From positions 7,790-71,789 of IMG/VR virus record IMGVR_UViG_3300031414_000021: a stretch of 64,000 nucleotides of DNA. One strand, 5' to 3'. Of the stretch, positions 17,920-27,553 are shown one piece after another. The first letter of the stretch is position 1, and the number at the start of each line of letters is the position of its first letter. The notes under the pieces were generated by a model that had not been told where the DNA came from, did no database searches, and saw nothing but the letters and a program-made list of their open reading frames with translations. This stretch comes from a virus. Lineage: Duplodnaviria > Caudoviricetes. Both the position numbers and the translations under genes were made by a program.

Positions 17920-19658
17920 TGTCTGAGATTACGCTGGAGCAATACAAGGCGTTGCGTGCTCGTAACGTCCTTAGTGAGCCACCTTTTCTCGTTGTGAACA
18001 AGACCAGTCCTCAAGGCTCAATCAGCTTTGAAGTTGTTGGCGACAACCTGAAATCGAAAACAATCACCTTGCCTGCGTCATACGCCTCAGTTGACCTGAC
18101 GCACGAAGCAAGCATTGAAGCTCTGTTGTCAAGCTCAAGCCTCAAAGCCCTGTTTGATAAAAACATGATCGCAATCATCAACGCCGATGAGATTGTTGTT
18201 CCTACCAAAGTGATTGACCAGCCGACTGTTGATGGCGTCAATGCTGGTGCAACGGTAATCTCTGGCACAACAGTTCCTAACGCGACTGTGATTGTGATGC
18301 AGGGTACCAACACGTGGCGTGGCGCCTCTGATCCATCAGGCCGCTTCTCCATTCCTATCGTCGGTCTGGTCGAGGGTGATTACACCATCTTGATTTCAGC
18401 CGATGGCTATCAGACTCAGGGCTACACGTTTACCGCTGGTGCAGTGGTTGAACAGCCGTATCCTGTTGTCACTGACATTCAAGGTGAATATCGTGGAACG
18501 CATGTTACGGGCACCACAGTTCCTGATGCCGATGTTTCTGCTTCTTTTAACGGCAAATCCTACGACGCCACTTCTGACTCCAACGGCGCGTTTGACATTA
18601 CGACCGACCCTCTGCCATTCGAGCCTGTTACTCTGACCTTTGCCGCTGACGGTTACTCAACGCATGAGCAGACCTTCACACCAGCAGCAATTGAAATGAC
18701 TGATCTCAGTGTGACCAAGCCTAAGTTCTTTGACACAGAGATTGCGGGCAACACAGTTGCTGATGCGGAGAATCTGGTTGTTATGGTAGCGCCGGACGGT
18801 CAGCCTGAGACTCAGGCAGTTGTTGAATCAAACGGTGACTACACTGCAACCATTCAGCCACTGAAAGGCAGTGTTCGCGTTTATGCCAACGCTCCTGGTT
18901 ATCGTCAGACCGAAGTTACTGCCACGCCTGATCGCGGTGAGCTGGGTAATGTGAGTGTTGAATCAGTGTCAGAGACTTCTACTGAACTGCGTGGTAGTGT
19001 GGCGGGCATCAACTCCGCTGCTGGCGCAACGATTGAAGTTGTGACTGAGGCTGGACAGACTAACGGCGTGGTAAATGCTGATGGTTCGTTTGTTGTGCCT
19101 AACGTGAACTTCTCTAAGGGCACCACTGGTACCGCTACAGTCAAGTCCGAGTTCTACGCAGACAAGCAAGTTAAGTTTGATATCCTGCAGGACTTCACAA
19201 CGTTCACCCTCGATCGTGGTGTTGAAGGCAATCCTGTTACCGGTACAACTGAGCCAAGCGCTAACATTGTTCTGACTCAGAGCACCCACACGGCCAGCGG
19301 TACTGCAAACACTGATGGCCAGTATGCTATCGACTTCCCAGAAATCGTGTCTGGTAAAGTTCAGGTAGATCTCAGCAAGCCTGGCTATGCACCTGAGCAA
19401 CTCGAAATCACTGTTGAAATCGAAGCGCGTCTGGTACTCAACCCTGTTGCGGTTGATGCTGAGTCTATCACAGGTCAAGGCACTCCTAACGCAGACGTTA
19501 CCTTTGTCCAGGGTGCAAACACTGCAACTGGTAAAGTCGGCACCGACGGTCAGCTTGACCTGCCTCTGACTTCTAACGTAGTTGCTGGTGAATATACAGT
19601 GACTGCAAGTTTGTCTGGTTATGAAACCAAGACTTTGACTGAAACAGTTTCTGCTTAA
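17919..19658 (+). CDS. Ig-like/carboxypeptidase-regulatory-like repeat protein, probable capsid decoration protein
   Basis: About 6 repeats of G.T.P.A.V...(A/S)D..G.F/Y...GY; T/V/G-rich. Confidence 0.75.
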   Translation: MSEITLEQYKALRARNVLSEPPFLVVNKTSPQGSISFEVVGDNLKSKTITLPASYASVDLTHEASIEALLSSSSLKALFDKNMIAIINADEIVVPTKVIDQPTVDGVNAGATVISGTTVPNATVIVMQGTNTWRGASDPSGRFSIPIVGLVEGDYTILISADGYQTQGYTFTAGAVVEQPYPVVTDIQGEYRGTHVTGTTVPDADVSASFNGKSYDATSDSNGAFDITTDPLPFEPVTLTFAADGYSTHEQTFTPAAIEMTDLSVTKPKFFDTEIAGNTVADAENLVVMVAPDGQPETQAVVESNGDYTATIQPLKGSVRVYANAPGYRQTEVTATPDRGELGNVSVESVSETSTELRGSVAGINSAAGATIEVVTEAGQTNGVVNADGSFVVPNVNFSKGTTGTATVKSEFYADKQVKFDILQDFTTFTLDRGVEGNPVTGTTEPSANIVLTQSTHTASGTANTDGQYAIDFPEIVSGKVQVDLSKPGYAPEQLEITVEIEARLVLNPVAVDAESITGQGTPNADVTFVQGANTATGKVGTDGQLDLPLTSNVVAGEYTVTASLSGYETKTLTETVSA

Positions 19659-19726
19659 CGGCAGACAGCCTTAAACACTAATGGGAGTCCTTGTGGCTCC
19701 CCAAAACAATTCATTGGAGAGTACCC

Positions 19727-20395
19727 ATGGCTAAAGTAAAAACGATCACACTGAATCAGTTCATGAATCAGTATGACCTCAACAAAGCACCAAGTCTTTA
19801 CGTGATCAACCGTACTGGCGCTACTGGTGGTTTGGGCAACATCAACTTCACCTGTCTTAACGACATGGGACAGCAGTCGAGTGTTACCATTCATGCGACA
19901 GGCATTCCTCTGGACCTGACTTCACAGGTACCGGCTGAGAATTTGGTCAAGTCCTCTCACTTCCGCCGTGTGCTTGAAAAAGGCCAGGCACGAATCGTTA
20001 CTACCGAAAGTGCTCAGGAATACATCCGCGAAAGCAAGATGTATCAGGACGAATATGATCGCGTCCACAAAATTCAACGCAGCGAAGACGCCGACTTCAA
20101 AACCATTCGTGGTGAAGGCAGCGAAGAAGAAATCGATCTGGACCGCGGCATGGGACAACATCGCAACAAGCACGTTGTCGAAGGTCAGGACTACTCTACC
20201 AACATGTTTGTTAATGCATTCATCCTGCACTGCAACGATGAAACCTACACCGACAAGATGCTGAATGCAGAGTTCCTGTCTAAAGGCATCGGCCTGCCAC
20301 GTAGTGAGCTGGAGATTCTCCTGCAGTACGTGAACCGTCAAGAGATTCGTGACCTGGTTGTTATGGCTATCGAAGATCTGCCAGACGGCGAATAA
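19727..20395 (+). CDS. hypothetical protein sharing its N-terminal domain with 17919-19658
   Basis: RBS GGAG; visible paralogy over about 85 aa. Confidence 0.75.
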   Translation: MAKVKTITLNQFMNQYDLNKAPSLYVINRTGATGGLGNINFTCLNDMGQQSSVTIHATGIPLDLTSQVPAENLVKSSHFRRVLEKGQARIVTTESAQEYIRESKMYQDEYDRVHKIQRSEDADFKTIRGEGSEEEIDLDRGMGQHRNKHVVEGQDYSTNMFVNAFILHCNDETYTDKMLNAEFLSKGIGLPRSELEILLQYVNRQEIRDLVVMAIEDLPDGE

Positions 20396-20396
20396 A

Positions 20397-20438
20397 GACA
20401 AAAAAAAGGGAGGCCCCGTGAGGAGTCTCCCTTTTTTA
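20397..20438. terminator. bidirectional intrinsic terminator between convergent genes
   Basis: A-tract-GGGAG...CTCCC-T-tract. Confidence 0.75.
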
Positions 20439-21593
20439 TTACAGACTCATACGCGTTGAACTGCCTGAGTCTCGCTTCACTGTCTTTTCTTTTTTCGCCA
20501 CTACTACTTCTTTTTCTCGCCGCTTTGTTTTCTTCTTTGTCACAACCTTCTCTGCTGGCTTTCTGTTCCAGCCCAATGTCTTTGCAGGAATCAAGCACGT
20601 CTTGCCGTGACGCTCTTTCAATGCAGACTTAACTTCTCGAATTATTTCCATCGGACAGTTATCAGGGTCCAGCTTGATCAATTCACCTTTCGCGTTGTAG
20701 TCTCGTGGTAGTTTGAAGTGACGCACCTTAACACCGCTTGCTTTGAACGCTTCCTGAATCTTGTTACGCAGCAACTTACCACCACCATCATTGTCTGTCA
20801 TGGTGTAGCAGGTGCTAACGTCTAGCATTTCAATCGATCTAACTTTCGTCATACCAAACTGTTCAGCACCCAACACGGCAAGTGCTGGAATGCCATACGA
20901 CAACAAAGCAAGTGCATCGCGAGGTCCTTCGACCAACACAACATAACGCAGCTTGTACTTCTTCATCATCTTGCGCGTTAGCTCTATCGGGAACAAGCCT
21001 TTCTCTTTTGCCCAATCGCCGTTTGAGTTCACATAGCTGGTGCCGTTCATCTGCTTTCTGAGATACGCAGCAACACCACCTATGTATTTCGAACCGTGCT
21101 TACATGGAAAGAAACAAACGTTGCTGCCTGTGCGCTGTGCATTTAACAATCCACCAGCAGCATGTACCAACTGTCCAGGATATCCACGCCACTCAACATC
21201 TTCTGGCCATTCCATGTAACTGTTTCTGCCAAGTGCTTTCATCAACAACGCAACAGAGGCATACGTACCGACACGATTCTCAATCCTGTCATACGTCTTG
21301 ACCAATGCGCTGAGTGAGTTCTCCGATGCGTCTTTGAACTTCCACTCTTTGATGACTGTGAGATCGCACTGCTCTGCAATCTTGTTCCACTGACCCTTCT
21401 CACCACAGCCGAAGCAGTGGAAAAAGCCAAGTGGAATCTCCATGCCGACAGATGTATAGATACCGCAGCTTGGAGTTTTATCACTGTGAAAAGGACAGCA
21501 CACCATCACTGTGTCGCCGTTGTATTTCTTGTCACCGGGAATCCGGCCAATCTCTTCCATGATCGTTTGGTGTATATCTTGTGACATAATCAC
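20439..21593 (-). CDS. DNA primase (DnaG-type: CHC2 Zn finger + TOPRIM)
   Basis: CPFHSDKTPS..FHCFGCG; LVEGPRDAL; DNDGGG; K-rich tail. Confidence 0.9.
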   Translation of the reverse strand: MIMSQDIHQTIMEEIGRIPGDKKYNGDTVMVCCPFHSDKTPSCGIYTSVGMEIPLGFFHCFGCGEKGQWNKIAEQCDLTVIKEWKFKDASENSLSALVKTYDRIENRVGTYASVALLMKALGRNSYMEWPEDVEWRGYPGQLVHAAGGLLNAQRTGSNVCFFPCKHGSKYIGGVAAYLRKQMNGTSYVNSNGDWAKEKGLFPIELTRKMMKKYKLRYVVLVEGPRDALALLSYGIPALAVLGAEQFGMTKVRSIEMLDVSTCYTMTDNDGGGKLLRNKIQEAFKASGVKVRHFKLPRDYNAKGELIKLDPDNCPMEIIREVKSALKERHGKTCLIPAKTLGWNRKPAEKVVTKKKTKRREKEVVVAKKEKTVKRDSGSSTRMSL

Positions 21594-21651
21594 ACCTGTT
21601 TGCTTAATTTAAACGAGCTACAATAAAGGCTATTTACAGTATCTTAGGAGC

Positions 21652-21966
21652 GTGATCATGTCTCAAATCTTCGCAACCAACCTGTCACGCCGCTACTATG
21701 ATGCGCACTGGTTGAGCCTATGTCGCCACCTCGGACTTGATGCCCAAGAGGTTGCAGCATTCAACGGTGACACAATGATAGGTGTAAAGATCAGTCTCAA
21801 GCAGTTCGAGGCGATCAGACCGCAGTTGGCACAACTCAACCGTGTAGCGACCAAAGTAGAAAACGAAGTGCCGCTCAGCGTGTATCTGTTTGCTGCCCGC
21901 CGCTATCGTTTTGTGGAGTTTAAGGACTACTGTGCAATAACAGAGGTACCAAATGAGGACGTTTGA
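21652..21966 (+). CDS. hypothetical protein
   Basis: RBS AGGAG. Confidence 0.65.
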   Translation: MIMSQIFATNLSRRYYDAHWLSLCRHLGLDAQEVAAFNGDTMIGVKISLKQFEAIRPQLAQLNRVATKVENEVPLSVYLFAARRYRFVEFKDYCAITEVPNEDV

Positions 21967-23038
21967 TAAAGTACCCAAGTTTATGGACAACCGATCGCTT
22001 AGTCGAATCGGGCGCATGATTGATGCCGCACTTGATCACACGGTCAAGGAGCGGCGCGAGTACGTCAAGAAGCGCGTCAGCCCTTCAATGTTTCCTGTGT
22101 GCAGCGTGCTGGAGTATGCAAAGCTGCTTTACTCGAAACACAACAAGGCAATGACAGGCGAGTCCGGCACCATGCTCAACATCTTTGCCAAAGCCGGTAC
22201 AGGCATGCATGAATCTGTGCAGAATGCCTTGGGCGCCAGCGGGCAGATGGTCGGGCACTGGAAATGTACCAACAGAAAGTGTGAGGAACACCACAAGACA
22301 AAAGATGTGTGGCGCGACGGCAAACGAGTCAAGAAGGGCAAGTTCACCCGCACGCGCTCTACAAACAACAAGTGTCCCAAGTGCAAACTGCCAATGGACT
22401 ACGTTGAACTCAAGGTACTCTATAAGTCCCTCAAAGGATATGTTGATGGTCTTATTGATAACCTCGATGGCACGTACAGCATTATCGATCTCAAGTCCAC
22501 AACAGTTACCAAAGCCACAGACGGTACTTTCTTTGTCAAGTATCACAGATATCAGATTGCAACCTACGCATACATCCTGAGCAGTCGTTACGGCTACAAA
22601 ATCCGTGACTACACTTTGGTCTATGTGCCGCGTGACAATCCCAAGAAGTTTGTGGAAAAGAGTTTTGTGTATGATGAGCAAGAGGCCAAGACAGCGCGTG
22701 ACTTTATGATGCGCCAGATCAACGCCTGGGATTCCTCAGTTCGCAGCATTGAGAAAGGTGATCCCCGTGATGCAATCAAACACAAGCCGTGCAAATCTGA
22801 AAAGCAATACTTCGAAGAAATGCACAGCGAATACAACCCTTGTCCGTTGGTCAACTACTGCTTTATCACCTCGCACCTGACCAAGTTTCTTGCTGACTTT
22901 GAACAGTCCGTGATGGCTAACCCTGATCTCACTTACACAGAGATTGTCAGCCCACGCAAAGCTCAGGAGCAATCGGGCTTGGTCAAGAAAAAGAACTTCC
23001 GCGAGAAGACTAAGGTAGTAAAACAATTTGAGCTTTGA
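21953..23038 (+). CDS. PD-(D/E)XK exonuclease, Cas4/RecB-like with Cys ligands
   Basis: AGTGMH, GYVDG..IIDLKS, QIATY; N-terminal C plus C-terminal C..CP..C. Confidence 0.8.
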   Translation: MRTFDKVPKFMDNRSLSRIGRMIDAALDHTVKERREYVKKRVSPSMFPVCSVLEYAKLLYSKHNKAMTGESGTMLNIFAKAGTGMHESVQNALGASGQMVGHWKCTNRKCEEHHKTKDVWRDGKRVKKGKFTRTRSTNNKCPKCKLPMDYVELKVLYKSLKGYVDGLIDNLDGTYSIIDLKSTTVTKATDGTFFVKYHRYQIATYAYILSSRYGYKIRDYTLVYVPRDNPKKFVEKSFVYDEQEAKTARDFMMRQINAWDSSVRSIEKGDPRDAIKHKPCKSEKQYFEEMHSEYNPCPLVNYCFITSHLTKFLADFEQSVMANPDLTYTEIVSPRKAQEQSGLVKKKNFREKTKVVKQFEL

Positions 23039-23042
23039 GCCT

Positions 23043-23447
23043 ATGCGCAAAGAATTTGATAAATCGATTTCCCGCATACGCGAGGCGATCAACACAATGG
23101 AGTTTGTTGGCCGTGACTGTGAGGACATGCGACAATTGCTGGCATGCCTCAAGCACCCACGCTCCATCAGTGACCGCAGCTATTGTACCGTCGTGATGCT
23201 GGCCAGCCATGTGTGCGTGACCGTGAGTCGCTACTACGAGGACCTGAGCCAGATAGACGTTAAACGCAACATGCTGCAAAACAAACTCTATACGCCTGAG
23301 ATCGGTGGTAAGCTGACAAGATTGCAGCGTGCCCGCGATACCGTGGAGCGCAACGTTGGATGCTACAGGCAGTTGCTGGACTACCGCTGCCTTGCGGTTA
23401 AAAGCATTTGCGACAACGTGCCGTTCAAAAACCGATACTACCGATAG
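23043..23447 (+). CDS. hypothetical helical protein
   Basis: ORF track. Confidence 0.6.
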   Translation: MRKEFDKSISRIREAINTMEFVGRDCEDMRQLLACLKHPRSISDRSYCTVVMLASHVCVTVSRYYEDLSQIDVKRNMLQNKLYTPEIGGKLTRLQRARDTVERNVGCYRQLLDYRCLAVKSICDNVPFKNRYYR

Positions 23448-23457
23448 GAGAACTATC

Positions 23458-23979
23458 TTGGAAATTTTCGTAAGTCTTAGTGCGGCAGCGACTGATAAAG
23501 ATCGCTACAAGATGGGTGGCAGTGATGGCCAGACCGGACGTGCTGATCTCAGTGAATACGCCAATCTGGAAAAGAAACTGCGTATCAACGACGAAGCAGC
23601 GGAGAAGGAAAAGCTGGCTAAAAAGGCTAGTGGCGGGGATTCTGTAAATAAGAAGAAAGCAGCTAAACCCGATAGCGACGATTCAGACAAGTCTGGAGAC
23701 GATGATGCAAAAGATGACGACGGATTCGGCGAGGACGATGACGAAGGATTTGGAGCAGACGACGACTCAGATGGATTTGAATCTGATGATGGAGACGACT
23801 CCGATGCAGCAGATGATTCCGCAGATAGCAAACCCACTAAGGGTAAAGGCAAGAAACCAAAATCCGATGATGAAGATGGATCTGACGAATCCTCAGGTGA
23901 TGAGGGGTCTGACGATGCTGAGGATGATTCAGGAGAAGATGACTCAGAGGAGCTTGACGAAAGCGACTTGGAAGAGTGA
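23458..23979 (+). CDS. ISLS-motif protein with a long Asp-rich tail (TTG start, MEIFVSLS)
   Basis: AGGAG 7 nt before TTG at 23458; D/S/G low-complexity C-terminus. Confidence 0.7.
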   Translation: MEIFVSLSAAATDKDRYKMGGSDGQTGRADLSEYANLEKKLRINDEAAEKEKLAKKASGGDSVNKKKAAKPDSDDSDKSGDDDAKDDDGFGEDDDEGFGADDDSDGFESDDGDDSDAADDSADSKPTKGKGKKPKSDDEDGSDESSGDEGSDDAEDDSGEDDSEELDESDLEE

Positions 23980-23998
23980 CGCTGAGCAGTACGAAGCC

Positions 23999-24439
23999 TT
24001 GCGCGATTGCTTGATCGCCATATCGTACAGCCTCAAGATCATGTACTATCCTGGTATCTCAGCAGCAATCCGTCAGCACAACGACCTGTTGATCCTGAGC
24101 AACATCTGGTTTTCAGGCAAGCCCAATCAACAGTGGGAGTTCTATACAAAGCAAGATGGCATTCGTAATCTGACTTGGCTGGTGGCTCAGTTCACCGCCC
24201 TTGCTACTTACTTTGGACTGACTGGTGTTATCCACAGCTATCATGCTAGTGGCACCAACCCACGCATGTGTGAAACGCTGGCTCGATACAATGCAAAGAT
24301 TCATGACCGTGCTGAGTGGCAACGCAGTCGTCAACTCGAAACACGTCATGAGGAGTTCAATCTCCCTAGAACAGCCTTTTATGTATTAAGGGAAAAACTT
24401 ACAAATGGCCAAGTACAAGTCACTGGCGAAGGCTCCTAA
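23999..24439 (+). CDS. hypothetical protein (start uncertain)
   Basis: Coding-like 3' part of ORF 23702..24439. Confidence 0.5.
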   Translation: MRDCLIAISYSLKIMYYPGISAAIRQHNDLLILSNIWFSGKPNQQWEFYTKQDGIRNLTWLVAQFTALATYFGLTGVIHSYHASGTNPRMCETLARYNAKIHDRAEWQRSRQLETRHEEFNLPRTAFYVLREKLTNGQVQVTGEGS

Positions 24440-25061
24440 AAAGAGCGCTGCCGCAAAGGCCGCTGAGGAACGTGCCAAAGGAATGCGTCAGGTCAAGCGA
24501 GGCAACTATGAACAGGGCGTCAAGACTGTTTCCGCTGCCGGCAAGACTCGACGCATGACACAGGGAGAGAAGCGTGCAATCTCTATCACGCCGTTTACTC
24601 CCAAGCAAGTGCCTCAGCCTCCACAAACTGCCAAGACACTTAAGGGCTTGAGTCTTAATGGCTTGATCAAAGCCAGCCCGCGTCTCATGAAAGAGAACGC
24701 AATGGAGTGTTACGTTACATCAGTGAAACGTGGCAAGACGGCAAAAGCCCTACCGTTCATTACAGCAAAAGTCCGACACAAAGATCCATTGCGTCCTAAC
24801 AAGACGGTGCGCCTGCACGAAACAATGATCATCGGACTTGATGACCCGTTCAAACCCATCACCAAGCAAAAGCGTGTGATGTGTAGTTGTACCTGCGAGA
24901 ACTGGGTGTTCATGTGGGAATACGCCGACGCTGAACATGGCGCTGCACGTATTATCTATGGCAACGGTGAGCCGCCGGGCTTTACCAACCCAGGTCACGC
25001 ACCGGGTCTTTGCAAGCATCTTCTTGCGCTTGCGGACAAAATGAAAATTAATGGGGACTAA
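24405..25061 (+). CDS. basic protein with SWIM-type Zn finger
   Basis: CSCTC...LCKH. Confidence 0.7.
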   Translation: MAKYKSLAKAPKKSAAAKAAEERAKGMRQVKRGNYEQGVKTVSAAGKTRRMTQGEKRAISITPFTPKQVPQPPQTAKTLKGLSLNGLIKASPRLMKENAMECYVTSVKRGKTAKALPFITAKVRHKDPLRPNKTVRLHETMIIGLDDPFKPITKQKRVMCSCTCENWVFMWEYADAEHGAARIIYGNGEPPGFTNPGHAPGLCKHLLALADKMKINGD

Positions 25062-25066
25062 TAATT

Positions 25067-25261
25067 ATGACCACACAGCAAGCACGTCCAACAACTACCA
25101 ACGGCCAGCCAGTTCAGAATCACTGCATCCAGTGCGCAGGCACAGAAATGTTGCGCATGATGTATCGTGATCTGGTACGCGATGGCTATATCGTCAATCG
25201 CAATGAGTACGGTGATGCCGTTTCAGTTTCCAAGGACGGCCGTACTCTCCCAATCAGCTAA
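25067..25261 (+). CDS. hypothetical protein
   Basis: 64-aa ORF. Confidence 0.55.
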   Translation: MTTQQARPTTTNGQPVQNHCIQCAGTEMLRMMYRDLVRDGYIVNRNEYGDAVSVSKDGRTLPIS

Positions 25262-25269
25262 GGACAACA

Positions 25270-25809
25270 ATGCCAGAAGATTTCTATAGTTCAGACACTC
25301 ACTACTCGCATGAGCGCACGCGTCAACTCAGCCGTCGCCCATTCGCCAATGTTACGGACATGGATGAAGCCATGATACTGCGTACCAACGCAATGTGCCG
25401 TCACATCGACACCCTGTACCATCTCGGTGACTTTGGCGATTACCGAGTAGTGAGTCGTCTTGTTCCTCGTGTCATCCTGATATGTGGCAACTACGAACAC
25501 GACGACATTAACAAATTTTACGGTGGTGACTTCCAACTGTTCCGCAGACGCCTGATTCAGCTTGGCTTCAAAGACGTTATCCTGAACAGCATGGGCCATC
25601 GTGGTATGTGGCTGAATCACTTTCCCAACAGGCGTGTTGAAGATCGTTTCAACCTGTTCGGACATATTCATCGGCTCCAGATGGTCAAGCACAACGGACT
25701 CAATGTTGGTGTTGACTGCCACGACTATGCGCCCGTCAGTACCGATACTGTTGAGTTCTACCGCAACTTTATTGAAAATGTTTGCGACGACGAGGTGTTC
25801 AATCCGTGA
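25270..25809 (+). CDS. calcineurin-like metallophosphoesterase
   Basis: SDTH, HLGDF, GNYE (variant of GNHD), FGHIH, NVGVD. Confidence 0.85.
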   Translation: MPEDFYSSDTHYSHERTRQLSRRPFANVTDMDEAMILRTNAMCRHIDTLYHLGDFGDYRVVSRLVPRVILICGNYEHDDINKFYGGDFQLFRRRLIQLGFKDVILNSMGHRGMWLNHFPNRRVEDRFNLFGHIHRLQMVKHNGLNVGVDCHDYAPVSTDTVEFYRNFIENVCDDEVFNP

Positions 25810-26060
25810 CAGACTTTTATCCTGAGCTGTGTCAACGCTATCTGGATATCTTAGACGCCCCGCCTGTGTGCAATACCCAGCAGCCCACCAGCTCTGGCCA
25901 TCTTGCTTGGATGCTGACGGAGCTCCAGACAAATGGCACACAGAGCCTGACCAAGAAACATCGTTGGTTGGGTTGTGTGCAGGGCATTATGATCGCACAG
26001 GGCATGATCACTGTAAATGATGAGCGTGATGCAACGCGCAGCATCTTCAACGGGAGTTAG
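25806..26060 (+). CDS. hypothetical protein
   Basis: GTGA overlap; HRWLGCVQG. Confidence 0.6.
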   Translation: MTDFYPELCQRYLDILDAPPVCNTQQPTSSGHLAWMLTELQTNGTQSLTKKHRWLGCVQGIMIAQGMITVNDERDATRSIFNGS

Positions 26061-26062
26061 CT

Positions 26063-26593
26063 ATGAACAAAAAACCTGTAGCGAGGTTTATTCGAGGCAT
26101 GACCGTAACCACGGCTGCCGAGCTTGTGCGAAACCCATATCACATCGGACAGGGTCTGGTTGATGAGCTTATTCAACCTGTAGAGATTGAGTTCGGCTCG
26201 TATACAGGACAGAGCTTTTCACAGGACAACAAAATCCTGGAAGAGTTGCAGAACAAGATGATGAGTCAGATGGTTCACCGTCAAGTGTCTGGTGCTGTTG
26301 ACCGTGGCTTGCAGCCTGGCATTCCTGTCGCTGCTACAGTTGAGCACGATTGGGATTCAAGCACGATGAACATGAGCATGTCGATTCAGCATTGGATGGA
26401 CGTTATTCGCCAGACCAAGGTTGAAGAAACAACGTGCCGTGTGCCGCCCGAGCTGTACGAACGTTTCATGGCAGAAGGCTTTACTGAGGACGAAGTTAAG
26501 CGCATGGTCATTTATCCAGAGCGCTGCCAGTTGACTGTCCCTGATGTAGAAATCGTATACAAGCTGGACCCGGCGCAAGATGGCGTGTCCTAG
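26063..26593 (+). CDS. hypothetical protein
   Basis: RBS GGAG; CTGTAAAT 52 nt upstream. Confidence 0.7.
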   Translation: MNKKPVARFIRGMTVTTAAELVRNPYHIGQGLVDELIQPVEIEFGSYTGQSFSQDNKILEELQNKMMSQMVHRQVSGAVDRGLQPGIPVAATVEHDWDSSTMNMSMSIQHWMDVIRQTKVEETTCRVPPELYERFMAEGFTEDEVKRMVIYPERCQLTVPDVEIVYKLDPAQDGVS

Positions 26594-26795
26594 CTGTAGA
26601 CGTGTTAGACGAATTTCTTACGGTGGACGTTCAGAACAGTTGGCAGCTCCAGCTCCTGAACCTGAAACTTTAAGTGCAGCGCGTCTAACGCCTCACGGGT
26701 GGGTAAAGACTTGCACCAAGTGCGGTCAAGTCTCCGACCCTTCACCTTTCGCTGACTCAATCACACAGACGTGTGGCTGCCAGCGCGAAGGATAG
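26580..26795 (+). CDS. small Cys-rich Zn-binding protein
   Basis: CPSC, CTKC, CGC. Confidence 0.55.
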   Translation: MACPSCRRVRRISYGGRSEQLAAPAPEPETLSAARLTPHGWVKTCTKCGQVSDPSPFADSITQTCGCQREG

Positions 26796-26815
26796 TGTAA
26801 CCAAGAGAGAACACA

Positions 26816-27553
26816 ATGAGCAACGCGAAGTTTCTTGTTTCCGATCTGCCTCGTACTGCCGACAACTTATTCAGTCTTGAGTTTTTCGTCCGCAATATTA
26901 ATCAGATTCAAGATGATAAAATGCTTTTCCATAAGCAGCCCGGTCGTTGGGACAGCTTGAATGAAGCCACGACAACAACCGACTGGCACTACTTGATTCA
27001 AACGCGCTTAGCAACGTTGAAGCACTTAGTCACGTTGCCTCAGCCCACTGCTTTCCGTGATAGCTTTCGTACGGTTGATAGCATTTGGCGTGAGATTCAT
27101 GATGCATACTGCGAAGAATATCCAGACTGCGTAGATGCGTTGCTTGCGATGGTACCAACGCCTCGTAAGGCTCCTGAGTTTGAGCGCGTCGAATACTCTG
27201 CGGAGAACTATCGCGAGGTGTACTCGGCTCAGTTCATGGAAGTTCAAAAGCAGATTGATGCCTACTGGCAGATGTGCGAACTTGAATATTTCCTGCGGCG
27301 TGACGAGAACGGGATACTTCCAGAGCCCCGTGCCGACAGTGATTATTTCTGGGATCACATGTGGTCCAGCGTTGAGGAACTCAGTTACAGACTGATGGAC
27401 GCTATGATCCATACACGCATTAGCGGCGGCACTAACGATGTGCTACAGCGCTACGGCCGTGAAGTTTCCATGCGGCATATCACTGATATGTGGCAGCACC
27501 AACAGAGTTATAGTGCTCATCGTGTTTGGCTGCATCTGGGGAAATCAAAATGA
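26816..27553 (+). CDS. hypothetical protein (paralog of 27550-28311)
   Basis: ORF track; shared motifs. Confidence 0.7.
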   Translation: MSNAKFLVSDLPRTADNLFSLEFFVRNINQIQDDKMLFHKQPGRWDSLNEATTTTDWHYLIQTRLATLKHLVTLPQPTAFRDSFRTVDSIWREIHDAYCEEYPDCVDALLAMVPTPRKAPEFERVEYSAENYREVYSAQFMEVQKQIDAYWQMCELEYFLRRDENGILPEPRADSDYFWDHMWSSVEELSYRLMDAMIHTRISGGTNDVLQRYGREVSMRHITDMWQHQQSYSAHRVWLHLGKSK

